A stretch of DNA of 64,000 bases from Magallana gigas (Eukaryota): positions 54,064,001 to 54,128,000 of the forward strand of contig NC_088857.1 of NCBI RefSeq assembly GCF_963853765.1, in the 5' to 3' direction. The translations under genes and the position numbers were made by a program. The notes under the pieces were generated by a model that saw only the letters and a list, made by a program, of their open reading frames with translations, had not been told where the DNA came from and ran no database searches. Each line of letters starts with the position of its first letter. Within the stretch, counting starts at the first letter, position 1. Below are positions 14,001 to 25,510 of the stretch, in pieces.

Positions 14001-17000
14001 ATCAAGAGAGGCATCAGCACTCAAAAGATATGTGATATAACGGCTTTTATTCGGTTTTGTAATGATCCTGGTGTAAGAAAGATGGTTGCTGCCGATTGGA
14101 CATTCCAAGCACTATAAGGCTTTTCCTATCCTATCTTTTTGGACATATATGTTGAATGTTAATGTTAATGTTGAATGATTTTTCTTGTAATTTAACAATG
14201 TCCATAATTGTTTGATTTTTTATTCTAAGGTTTGGTGGTTGCTGTGAGGGACCATGAACACTTCCGGTTAAAACTTCTGTACACACAGAAAAAGAAAGTA
14301 GAACAAGAAAACAAACAGCTTCGTCAAGATAAAGACAAGTATTCAGTAAGTGTCACAATATGACGTGAACATCTTCGTCAAGATAAAGACAAGTATTCAG
14401 TAAGTTTCACAATATGACGTGAACTTAATCACATTTTTCAAAAACAACAACAAACATGTTCTAGATATCGCTGATGAAAGCAACATAATGGTTGTTGTTT
14501 TCGCTACAACTAGTGCATAACAAAAAGTTAGAGATCTCCGTAAATAGGTCGCTTTTCCTCGGTTTGCTACGTACATTGCTGTCCCTATGGTCATGTCCTA
14601 AATCCATGGCCATTGTTGTGTCATTGTCGGTCCGCCCTGACAATCCTACTGATTACACCCCAATCAGATCATCATTGGAGATCAATGTTTCACACACTAT
14701 GTCAGAGCTATAGGTACATTTGTGATATTCAAAGCATCACCTTGATGACCTAGAATAACGAAAGCTCCCTTTTTCACTGTGACCTTAGGGACTCGGTATC
14801 GAAACAATTCAGATTCACCAGCTTACTCAGTAACTGTACTGATTCTACGCTTGTTTACAATAATAAACGCGTAATCAATATTTGGAGTCTTCACTGTATA
14901 TTAGTACATACAATTTGATGGGCAAAAATATGGTTAATTTGTATTTTCATTTTCCATCAAACGAAGAGATACCGGTATATTTTGCGGAAACCCCATGTTT
15001 CATCCTTGCCGCCATTGACTTATTTTGACCCAGCTAACCCTAACTAAAAGATAACTGATGTTGTTTACCAAGCTACAACACCGAAACAGAATACATTTGC
15101 CAGATTTCAGTTCATCTGAAATGTGACAGTTTTCGCGCGCCGGTTGTTCCATTGACAGGCGGCTTGCACTATCGACACCGTCCATATTGTCTTGATACCA
15201 AGGAAATTGATTCCGCTTCAAGCATTCTCACGATATCAAGGAAATTGATTTGACTTAAAGTTTTCTGGCCACCCACAAAACATCCCTGGAACTTTGGTTT
15301 TTGAATATTGTTTACCTATCAATTAATTACTGCTATTAAGTGCTTTAGATATTTATTTGCCGCTTACAAGAAAGAACACTTAGGGGGGCAACCGAGGAGT
15401 GCGCGCGGCGCCTGGGAAACCGTAGCTTCAGATCCAAGATCAGACAACCCAAGTATTACAGATAGCACTGATTTATAACTACAATTATTAACATCAATTT
15501 ATACTAGGTATCAACTCAGAAAGATGGTAATGACTCAAACATGGCAAGAAAAGTTAACTCAAAGTTACCGATATTAAATTTTTTTTTTTTACAAATTGAT
15601 GATATTTTTATTACTAGGAGCAATTGGATTCAATGCGAAGGCTTTGTTTGGCGGAAGGAATAGAAGACTGGAAGATCCAACAAACCATAGGTGAGTGTGT
15701 TTCTCATAATGAATATTTTTCATTTGTAATTTTGGTAGAAATTAAATCAGACGATTATACTTGAAGTTTACATACATCTGTCAAATAAATTATTATAATG
15801 TTTGCTTGTAGCTCGACAACCAATGAAATCGGGAAAAGGAATAATGGGTTCCTTTGCTAGCCTCGCTTTGGGAGCTTTAGGAGGACACAAGTCAAACGGG
15901 TCTAGTTTCTGGAATCTACTGGCGACCCCAAAATTACGACGAGGTAAATCAGAGGAATGGGAAGGAAAGACCGGGGTCCAAACCAAGGAGGATACAAGAT
16001 CACTGAGGTACACGGACAGGGTCTGGACCGTGGCTGGAACCTCCGACCTTCACAAGAAAAACAAAAAAGCAAGGTCACTCTCACACCAAAGTACTGTGGA
16101 CAGTGATCCGGGAACACCGACCATTATCAAGGGGAGATTGAAGGCTATCAAACGATTTCTGCGGCGTCAGGACCCGATAGACAATGCGTCGTTTTCTTCC
16201 ATAGACACCGCTGAGAAAGACTCCAAGTGCTCGTTGAATAACATCACACCGTCAGAAAACTCGTCCCCGCCCATCAGTTTTGAATTCGATAGCATGGACG
16301 ATATTGATCATCACGTGTCATGTTCCCCAGCATGCGAGATCATAAACGAGGTTTCACGAGAAGTGAGTTACACTGACAGCCATTCTTATTGTGATCGAAG
16401 AGAAAGCACGAAGTCGTGCTCAGAGCCGAATGAAGAAGAGAGTGCGTACATGCGCAGAAACAGTAGTAAAAAGTCAATTCGAGAACCGCGCCGGGCGAGC
16501 TCGAAGAGACGTAGAGAAGGACTGAGCATGCGCCGCTGTGAGTCTAATCCAGAAGAGGACTCTGGAACCACAGTGGAGAGGATTATATATGACATTCCTG
16601 ATGAATCAAAGGAAGAAACGCCAGAAACCAGTAGAAAAGTTTTATTTTATAACAATAGCGATGACCTACTGGAAAACAGAAGCACTGAAACAATCATCGC
16701 GCATTCAGACATTGAAAGTGAAACTAACAATCGGGATACTTCCGCAACACACGCATGCCCACTAAAACAAGTCAGTCATTCTGTGAGCGAAAATGTAACA
16801 AAACCAAATGAAACAGCAATTACTGATCATCATAAAAATAAAAATGCAGACGATAAAACAGAAGAGAACAAAATTGACTCTAAAGAAAAAAAGTTGTTTG
16901 AATCAAACTTTGAGAAAGTCCCGCATGTAAGCGAGACAAGCTATAAGCCAAAGTTTGACAGGAGACTTATTCCAAATGTTCCCAGAACTTTAAGCATCAA

Positions 17001-17457
17001 ACCGTATTCAGCACTGAGAACTCCACACTCGGTGTTTTCCAAAATCAAAAGGAATGAAAACAATGCAATGTGCAATGGTCACGTACCGTCAATTAAACAA
17101 TCACAGATTGTGAACAATAACAACCAAGTTATCAGTGATACCGACATTCAGACAGTCGTGAAACACAAGCTGCAACGGGGGAGGAGTGTCAATGAAGAAA
17201 ACACACTTAATAAGGAGTCCTCTGAGCATAGTTTATGCAGGGTGTGTGGGAAGTGCAAAGAACCGGAAGCTCGTGGATACGACGCCACGTGTACATGTAC
17301 CCAGGATATCGTACTTCATTCCGACAGTGTTCTGTGCAAAGAAACCGGAGGTGAAATAAATCTCACCGGTGACTGCAGTTCAAAAACCGGAAGTAGTTGT
17401 GACGATGTTGACGTGTGCGATGATGATGACGTTTTGCATCCTTTGTTACAACAGTAA
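8082..17457 (+). CDS. HVCN1-like: Voltage-gated proton channel, molluscan LPW (Hv3-like) type; 5'-partial, about 860 aa assembled
   Basis: Exons 8082-8206, 8418-8848, 9816-9869, 12972-13110, 14230-14345, 15618-15690 and 15812-17457 all have AG/GT boundaries with compatible phases. S1 LNIVDCALVLGELVLDL resembles Hv1 VLDALLVLAELILDL and keeps the selectivity Asp. S2 is AFHGLSLFIVVVLLTE, S3 is VFDACIVLASFTVD, S4 is FMLPWGVIRVVNS, followed by a coiled-coil-like segment (KLLYTQKKKVEQENKQLRQDK) and a long polar tail. Confidence 0.85.
10287..10790. mobile_element. Degenerate poly-G/poly-C non-autonomous DNA element hosting a nested MITE
   Basis: Starts CAGGCGTCGGAACC and has G/C runs. Its internal sequence ctttgcaAAGTTatacataacc is interrupted by the element at 10353-10727. 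The right end is eroded, so the end coordinate is approximate. Confidence 0.4.
10353..10727. mobile_element. 375-bp MITE with 15-bp TIRs and 5-bp TSD
   Basis: Left end CAGGCACGTAGCATC; right end reverse-complements to CAGGTACGTAGCATC; AAGTT duplicated at 10348-10352 and 10728-10732. Confidence 0.8.
11802..12685. mobile_element. 884-bp foldback element (two ~440-bp inverted arms with 21-bp minisatellite arrays), TA-flanked
   Basis: Left TGGTGGCATATCTCTGCCCCTTGTGTGCAAGTTATTTT is mirrored by AAAATAACTTGCACACAAGGGGCAGAGATATGCCACCA. The internal 21-mers (ATGTTGACATGCAACTTATTT type) flip orientation at ~12240. TA at 11800-11801 and 12686-12687. Confidence 0.85.
14319..14426 (+). repeat. 54-bp tandem duplication spanning an Hv exon end and its splice donor
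   Basis: CTTCGTCAAGATAAAGACAAGTATTCAGTAAGT(G/T)TCACAATATGACGTGAAC occurs at 14319 and 14373. Confidence 0.95.
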
Positions 17458-20400
17458 CACCACATTTGAATCGATAATGAATGTTGTTTAATGCATAATC
17501 ATTTCTTTATATATGCAATGCATACAGGTCATTTTCAAATACACTATATTAAAACTTGATTGTGTGTATGTCATGTGAACAAACAAAGCTCACATACCAA
17601 CAGTAAACAAATCTATACTTATAAATTAAGACATTTGGCAAATAAACTGCACCAGAGTAACTGCTTATACCTTTGGTATTTCAGCACGTGTGGGATGAAG
17701 CTCGTCGTAAGCTATATTTGAATTTTAACTGTTAAGTAATTATTGTAAAATTAATCAAAAACCTACTTTTATTTTCGATAAACAAGCTCGAAATGGCAAA
17801 TATGAGAGTAAGTCAAAGCGTGTTTATGTACTTGCAATGAAATGAAATTGAATGATTATCTAAAGAACGAATATATTTATTGGTAACTTATTTAGAGTAT
17901 ACATAGAAGTTTTAAAGTGCATCGATTACTTGCTTATAAAATTAAACCAATGTCATGATCAAACCTTCATGCATTTAGGGAGCATACGAGTTATTTATAT
18001 AATGGTACTCTATATGTCATTTTGGCCAGAAGCAAAATGTTTTAATGTCGTTGCTATGGAAACTGAGTATGAACTGTCAAAAATATACCCACAGAGAGTC
18101 TTCATATGGAACACTCTTTCAAGTCAGAGAGATAAAATTCAATTCAATGATAGTGCGTGGCCACGTATTTTTGGTGTTTACAGAGAATTGATGTTAAGAT
18201 TTGACAAATGTTGAACTAATAAAATGAGCCAATTCGTTTCTTGAATGCGCGATTTTAGTTTCAATGGATGGAACGCTTGCGAAGCACGACCTCTGGTGAG
18301 AGAGTGGGATAGAACTTTCCAAAACGGTTATCTATAGTCTGTCCCAAGATATCTTGGATTCACATTTTGCTTAATTGCTTGATATTTATAAATACCTCAG
18401 GGTTCAAACGATGTTCATTCAAAAGCATAAAAAATTTCCAAGATTTCTCAGTCGAAACGCCCCTGTTAGCATATCAGGTTTCAATACAATGCTAAAAAAA
18501 TGTGATGTCTACGGAGATTTTGTATTACAGCAAGCCCGGATGATAACGTTGAAAAATTGCACGATGTATTCCGAGTGTATTCCGAATGGAGTAAAGATGT
18601 AAACATTCCCCATTATAAATCTCCGTAAGGAATCTGTTTTCGTTCCTGTGAATTTTTCTGAGTGACAGTTGATAATGTGTCAATGATATTATCTTGGAAA
18701 TTATCCCTTTTAACTATTACAAGTGCACTTCTTTCACAGGTATGTGTATTTTTTTTTTAAATCGTCCAAATGTGCTGCATAAATATCTTGGGACAGACTA
18801 TAATTAACGTCATGGCGAAAAGTGTAGGACGAGTTTATCATGCATCGTTGGCAGATACCTTGGATGGGACATTTGTGATTAATACGAAAATGTTAATGAA
18901 TAAAATGGAATAATTTAGAGCGATTTTTAGTTTTGATGGATAAAAAAAAGTTTTCAAAACCGTGAGAATTGGGTGCATCTGGAACGCGGGTTGACTAACT
19001 AACGTCAAGGCGGAAAGTTAAGAGCGATTAACCATAGGGTAGATACTTTGGATCTGACGACTTTGGTTTAAAATATGCAAATAAATATGCTTTTTTATTT
19101 TATACATCTTATATAATGACAGATTGGTAGTGGACCTTAGACATTAATTTGTAAACAATGACCAGATTTGTTGTGCATAAAACGGGGAAATTGATTGGGT
19201 GGGACCTCTCCCCATATTTTTAAAAACATCTTTTATCTGAAATTCATATTTGGAGCAATGATAAAAATTATAATGTAATGTGACCTAAAGAATAAAATTT
19301 AGAGATAGGACGCTCTAAGTACCTACTCAAAAGTTTGAAATAGAATAAAAAAGTTTTATTTTTTCAATCCTGTAAGAAATAGAATTAAAGCCACGTATAT
19401 AACATCAATATTAGTTGAGATTTTCATCCCTGTCCGCTCCTCTGAATATCCAGGCATGCAGTTTTTTTATTTTAATTCTAAAGAAAAGTTTTTTTTTTTA
19501 AAAACTGGACACAGTACATACAACAATTAACAAAAAAATATGGTTCAACATATTAACATTGTATTGTATTAATGTATTTATTCCCGCGCTTGCGTGGGAT
19601 ATCATGTAGTTTCAATAAAAAAAAATACTATATTTAAAATTTGCTATCTTTTCGACAAAAAAAGATGACAAATATGTCGGGCACCTATTTCATACGTTTT
19701 ATGATTACATTTAAAACGCTGAATAAGCGACTGGACAATAATCATTAAAATCAATTTAAAACAATAATTGCCACATTTGAAAGAGAATATCTCCCATTTG
19801 CCCCTCTCCAGCGCTTTTTTCTGTTGAATGGGTACTGAAATCTTTCTTAAATAATCGGGGAAACCACGATTCGTGTGCATTTGTAAGATTTTTTAACTAT
19901 AACACCAAAGGGTAGGAAATATATGATTTTATCTAAAGAGATGAGTCTTGAAGAGGGTGAGTTTGGAAGAGGTCTACTTGTAGGACTTATATACCGTATA
20001 CGGCAAATACTATTGCATTGATAACCACGACTGACACCTCTTTTAATTGACTAATGTCCGGAATTTTGCAAACATCGGGAAAAAATTAAATGTACAAAAA
20101 AGATACAATCCAACAGTCACTGAAAATTATGTACTCAATTAAACTGTATTATACGTATCAAAAGTTTGGTCATAGCTGGCAAAATCATAGAAATTAAGGA
20201 GTGCAGTAGCGATCCTCTCCCCCCCCCCCCTTTTTTTTTTAGTCAAGTAACTTTCCATCAAGTTTTTGGACATATTTATATTTTTTCCTCTACCTTGGAA
20301 AAATATGAGCAATATATTTGTACTGAAGCCACTATACTTGTACAATACTTAACAACAAATATTTGTCATCTAAAATGATCATTGATGTGCGCAGAACTAT

Positions 20401-21905
20401 AACCGGACATTGATTACGTCGTCTAAAAAAGAACCGAACAAGAACGGACAAGAACACTGTGGTGAATTCCAGTGGTATCTCTTTGCACTTAAATTAACTT
20501 TTTTAACATCTCGCGTGATTTCCATATCAGTTGTCTACAGAGAGTGCAGAACAATAATAATATGGATTTAGGGGTTTTTAACTTACACTATTTAATAATG
20601 GAGAAACTTTCAATAATCACTTCCTGCAAAATTCAGTTTTAGATTTTTAAGTTTTAATTAGTATACCTTTGTGGTAAAATTTCTATATCAGTATTCTGTT
20701 TATCACAACTAACGTTATTTTAACTGCATTTTTTGCTCTAACTTATTTATTAAAAGTCACTAATTGCTTAGCATAACTAAACGATTTAAAGTAAATAAAC
20801 AAAAAATATGAAAGTATCATATTAATTTCTTCTTTCATTTCAAATACAAAGAATAAACTCTGTACCTAATGTGACCGAGTAAATAATAAAGGCAAGGTTC
20901 TTTGTTCAGGATGTTTAAATATGTACAAAAAGGTGATTCTTGTGCGAGGTTTCACCGGATCCATAGTGAAACAAAATCAAAAGTTACCGGGTTTTATAAT
21001 AATAGAAATGATCTGATTCGATAATACTAGCCAATGTGAACAACGGCCAATGGAAAAGTAAAGAAAGAGTTCACCAACTCAATCCACTTGCGCACAAGAA
21101 CTAGCGTAACTTAATTCATAATAAGATATTGTAAATTTGAAACTATATGATATGCATTTGAAAGTAACAAATTTTGTTCTATAATAAATAATTGATTAAT
21201 TTTAAACATGCCCGCATATAACATGCTAACGTTCTTGTAGAAAGACTGGAATTTTTTTCTCACTGTGAAGTAACATTCTCACTAACTGTTATAGTGACAC
21301 CACCTTTAACCTATTTACACTCTTACTTTTTCATCTATTCAGCAAATGTTCTGCAGATTTTATTGCCGGCATTGAACATTGTTAAACAAGGCAGACAACT
21401 CATTCACAGTAGGATGGATACGAAAGTGAAAATCGAGATTATCAATAACTGTCTCTATATCAACAATTATATATCTATAACATGAATTATAATATCAACA
21501 TTTCCAATACTTGAGATAACCAATATCATACACGGCATATTGGCTATATCGTGTTATCAAAAACATGAAATCTTTCTCTATTAAGTATCAGTAAATCAAC
21601 AGCTGTTTACACTGATTAAGATTTTTAAATTGTGAAAGAGTCCATGATTTAGTCTTCAAGATTCGATGTAAAGCTCAACGGTTATAACGTTAATATATTA
21701 AAATGCAAAACAAATATTATTTCAAATATTTTTTATTACAAATAGGATTTCATTTATAGGTATTATCCTTACAACAAACATACAGAAATATCACAGTAAA
21801 ATTTGGGCAAATGAGACCGTCCTCCTATAAGTACAGTAAAGTCAGTCAATGAATTATCGAACACTGTGCTGTTTCAAAAGGGGTGAAAGCTCTACAATTG
21901 GTTAA

Positions 21906-22761
21906 TTAGGGTCCAAATCGTCCGCCATTTTGATTACCGAACTGATCTATGTCACCAAGACCTCCAATGAAACCACCCTGTCCAAATCGCCCGCCGAACT
22001 GTTGATCTGTGAACAGTCCTCCGTTAATTTGAGAATCGATTCCACCAGGAACTAAAGGAATGTCTGAGCCAAACCTTCCTCTAGGTCCAAAAAGTCCCCT
22101 GGGTCTGAGACCATCGCCCCAGACTCCTCCACCCCCGGGGGTCAATGGTCCACCTCCTACACAGATGTCCATGTCACAGTCTGGACATTGGATTCCATTG
22201 TATGTGAAGAACTGTGTTCTTCTGCATTCTTGTGGGATGAACTGTTGTGTCTGTAGGCAGTGTCTGGGGGGACACACTACCGGCTTTTCTAGAAGCAGTC
22301 CTTTTCCTCCCGGATATACATTGTCTGTCTTGATAATTGGCTTTTTCAGTCCTTTCTTTGATCCACCAATGAATCCCCTGTTATGAAATCCGTCCAAAAA
22401 TCCTGACTTCTTTTTACCTATGATTCCACCGCCAAGCTTAGGCCCGTACACAATTTCTTTCTTTATCGGAATTCTTTTCTCGCCGTATCGCCTACCTAAA
22501 TGGTCAAAAGACGAATCATTACAGAATATTTATGAAAGATTATTGTCAAAACGGTTCATAGTCTCATACAATACCTTGCTCATTACATTTTTTCAGAAAT
22601 AGAACTTTCAAACAGTCAATGAGTATACCACCAAAACCAATACTTTGCAAACATAGCACAACTTTATTAGAGACTTTGCCTCATTTAAGCATGAACATTA
22701 ACATACCTTCAGTGGCAGCAATGGCGATGATTAGAGCAGCAGCTAGGAGAAAACACTTCAT
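21906..22761 (-). CDS. Secreted Gly/Lys/Arg/Phe-rich protein with 6-Cys domain, copy 1 (214 aa)
   Basis: Exon 1 at 22707-22761 encodes signal peptide MKCFLLAAALIIAIAATE with a phase-1 GTATG donor. Exon 2 at 21906-22495 encodes GRRYGEKRIPIKKEIV...CPPRHCLQTQQFIPQECRRTQFFTYNGIQCPDCDMDIC...GGRFGP*. Confidence 0.85.
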
Positions 22762-22809
22762 AGTGGACAGGTAGTGTAGTGGTGTGAAGAATCCTAGTCG
22801 GACTCCATG

Positions 22810-22964
22810 TATAAATACACAATCCATGTGACGTAATCATTTCAGAAATCAAATGCATGGTCATTTCTATTGGTTCAAATCCTTATACGTAAATAGAACG
22901 ACTCTTCCATATCAATACAGGTTTATTGCCTGAAGGTGCATGCACGGTAGCCGTTGTGACGTCA
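22810..22964 (-). promoter_or_regulatory. Proximal promoter of copy 1 (TATA-like TATTTATA, TGACGTAA, full CRE TGACGTCA); repeated before all six minus-strand copies
   Basis: TATAAATA at 22810-22817 (+ strand), TGACGTAA at 22829-22836 and TGACGTCA at 22957-22964. The same order is kept before the divergent copies 5 and 6. Confidence 0.55.
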
Positions 22965-23347
22965 ACTGTTGACAGTTAAGGGGGATTTCCCTATCTTAAG
23001 ATAGTGTTCGTCTTGTGAGCAAAAACTGCAACGAAGGAAGTTTTACTATAGTAATGTGTACTTTTTGGCAGTGCTTTGAAGTTTTTTGATAAATTAATCA
23101 TTAAACAAATTGAGACAAAGTTCACTGCGCATTGATTATTAAATTTGCGTAAAAAATAATTGTTTAAACGTTCAACACACGCTCAGTGATTATCATATCA
23201 ACAAAATTATTGATATCGAGATGAGTTAAGATTTTACCTTGAGATATAATTTGCAAAATAAAGCACCTTCAACCATCAATTTTCAACTGAAACAGCCATA
23301 TGAAATATCGTAAAATTTACAAACAAGTGAAAAGCTGTCAATGTGAC

Positions 23348-23669
23348 AACAAACCGGGTTTTCTTTTATGTAAACTGTATCCATAATCTATGTCAACCCT
23401 GAATTGATAAACACTACCTACCGTATCCAGTGAAATGTAGTTCCCTATATGAAATATTTGGCAAAAAATTGACTAAGTTCAAAAGCTGGGTTTTTTTAAA
23501 GAATAAATTATCAAAAATCAAAATCCTAGCAATATGCACACCTCTGATATATGTACAATTGATCTGCAAAAGAACAACTTCCTATCTTAAAAACTGTAGG
23601 AGGAGTTATCTGTGCCATTTTCACCATTTTAATAACCGGATTTTTCCGTTAGAAAAACCCGGTTAAAAA
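23348..23669. mobile_element. Helentron/HINE-like non-autonomous element (also at ~29304-29663, ~36160-36519, ~44554-44908)
   Basis: Subterminal inverted repeat AACCGGGTTTTCT / AGAAAAACCCGGTT, a 3' short stem-loop region, a (GCCC)n microsatellite in the unit 2-4 copies, and one core monomer. The architecture matches oyster HINE-type elements; family assignment is inference. Confidence 0.5.
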
Positions 23670-24654
23670 TGAAGAAAATATACAATGTGTGGTTTTATAT
23701 ACAGTAGCATTGGTGATAATTTTCATGATATTTTGGAATGTCCGTATTTTGCTAACAAAAAAGTCTTTGAACAAGAAATACAGTGAACTTTAAATAAGCT
23801 GATCAATTATATAAATATATAATGTAGAAAAACTCAATTTAAAACTGATATAGAAGTTATAAGGAGGTTTTCTCTTCCTCGAACCTTTACAATATACTTT
23901 TATAATGAACTTGTGATACTTGCCTGTTTGTTGTTTATTTACAGATATATTTTAATATGTACCTTCATATATCAGTGGCCTGGTTTTGATTGAATAAAAA
24001 TAAAGATGCATTTCCGTCGGTGGTAACCCAATAACTCAGTTCTTATATATACATGTACATCTATTTATGTTTAATGACGTTAAGATAGTTGGGTCAGTGT
24101 ATTTATAGGTAACAAGGACATGGTGTCTCGGTCAGTGACGTAATGACCTTAGTTACAATGTAAGAGTAGTATTGTCATATTGGTGACAGCTCAGACACTG
24201 GTAATAATGATACGACAGGTAACTGTTCCAATATGCTTTAGAATCAATTACACCAAAGCTGATTGGTGCGGTTGTATTAATATTTCATGGAACATGTAAA
24301 AAAAAAAAAAAAAAAAAACCTTTTACTTCCCATATGTTATAAAATATTTTTTCTCGATATTTGAATAAAAGAAACATAATTATACGAAACACGATTTACT
24401 TAACTGAGAAGAGTACATGAATATTTAGAAAAAAAACGTGTTATTTAGTCCTTTATGATAATTTGTTCTAATAAGCCATTAATGTATATAAAAAATGCTG
24501 GATTTGCCGTAAGAAAATTACATGTATTTCCAAAAATGCTTTAGATAATGAAAATAAAATGTTATTGTCTCATAACTGCAACAGCGCGTGGATACAAATT
24601 GAATAATAGCGCCTTATGAAAATTTGTTTGCACACACCGTTGCATTTATGAGAC

Positions 24655-24748
24655 TCTTTGTGGTCCGAATGACCCCTTAGGTCCCAGACTTCTCCACCCC
24701 GGGGGTCAATGGTCCCCCTCCCACACATAGGTTAATGTCACAGTCCGG
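24655..24748 (-). pseudogene. Truncated relic of the Cys-domain gene family (unit 1)
   Basis: Minus strand reads PDCDINLCVGGGPLTPG then frameshifts. About 875 bp present in unit 2 (30648-31522) are missing here. Confidence 0.75.
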
Positions 24749-25289
24749 TCTCCTTTACGATACCCTATACCCTACCGTAGAAAAGCGGTTTAACAATTAA
24801 TTGAATCCTAATTTGTGTAAATTTATATCTTATTTTTAGTATGTACCTCTCTCTGATCCCACTCTCCCAATATATCGTTTGACAGTTTGGTTCATATATA
24901 ATATATACCGATACTTAAGGTGTATGAAAAGAGTTTTAAATTGTCACCCTCTTCAAGAACGTCAGCGCTTTTTTAAAGATGATAATTCCAGGATTTCAGT
25001 CAAATAAAAAACTTTTGACTAAAAGTATATTATTCGGCGTGTTTGAAAAAAGTTTCCATTTATAACAGTTAACAAACTTATTTTGCTTTTTTACGATGTT
25101 GTAAAGCATATAATTACATGTAAAAAGTGTAATAAAATCATGAAATGGTTATTCAAACCAAATCAGCTAAACAAAAAGAAATTAAAAGGTATAAATATTG
25201 GAGAAGAATTGAAATTGTGAATGAATCCATGACTTCGTCCTCAAGTTTAGACATTTAGGAAATGTAAAGATCATCGGATATAATAAACA

Positions 25290-25510
25290 AAATCAAAAAC
25301 AAATATTAATCCAATCATATTTTATTACAAATAGGAATTCACATACATTAGTATAAACTTTATAAAACAACAAAAATATCACTGTTTGTAAAGTTACATA
25401 AATACAATATTTCCAGGAAATCTCCAAATTTCCAACATTCCAGTGTTCTGAAGGGGGGGGGGGGTTCAAAGTTTCTTTAACTCTTAGCATTTGGTCTAAA
25501 TCGTCCGAAT
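25290..25510 (-). pseudogene. 3'-end relic of a family gene at the duplication junction (also ~32160-32370, ~40380-40600)
   Basis: Matches the 3' flank of copy 5 (47150-47330) and the copy-6 tail (WNVGNLEISW versus WNTGNVGDFGNSW), and ends at GGTCTAAATCGTCCG. Confidence 0.65.

Noticed and set aside
21906-22110. Repeated RFG motifs suggesting an RFamide neuropeptide precursor
   Set aside because: RFG is followed by S, Q or P rather than K or R, so the basic cleavage sites needed for amidated peptides are absent.
22060-22386. Pro-rich plus-strand ORFs (also 28020, 34871, 43265, 51144)
   Set aside because: Antisense shadows of Gly-rich codons of the minus-strand genes, which have the signal exon and splice sites.
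23430-23666. Recurrent ORF MKCSSLYEIFGK in each unit
   Set aside because: Lies inside the HINE-like repeat, and its frame is altered by a deletion in unit 1.
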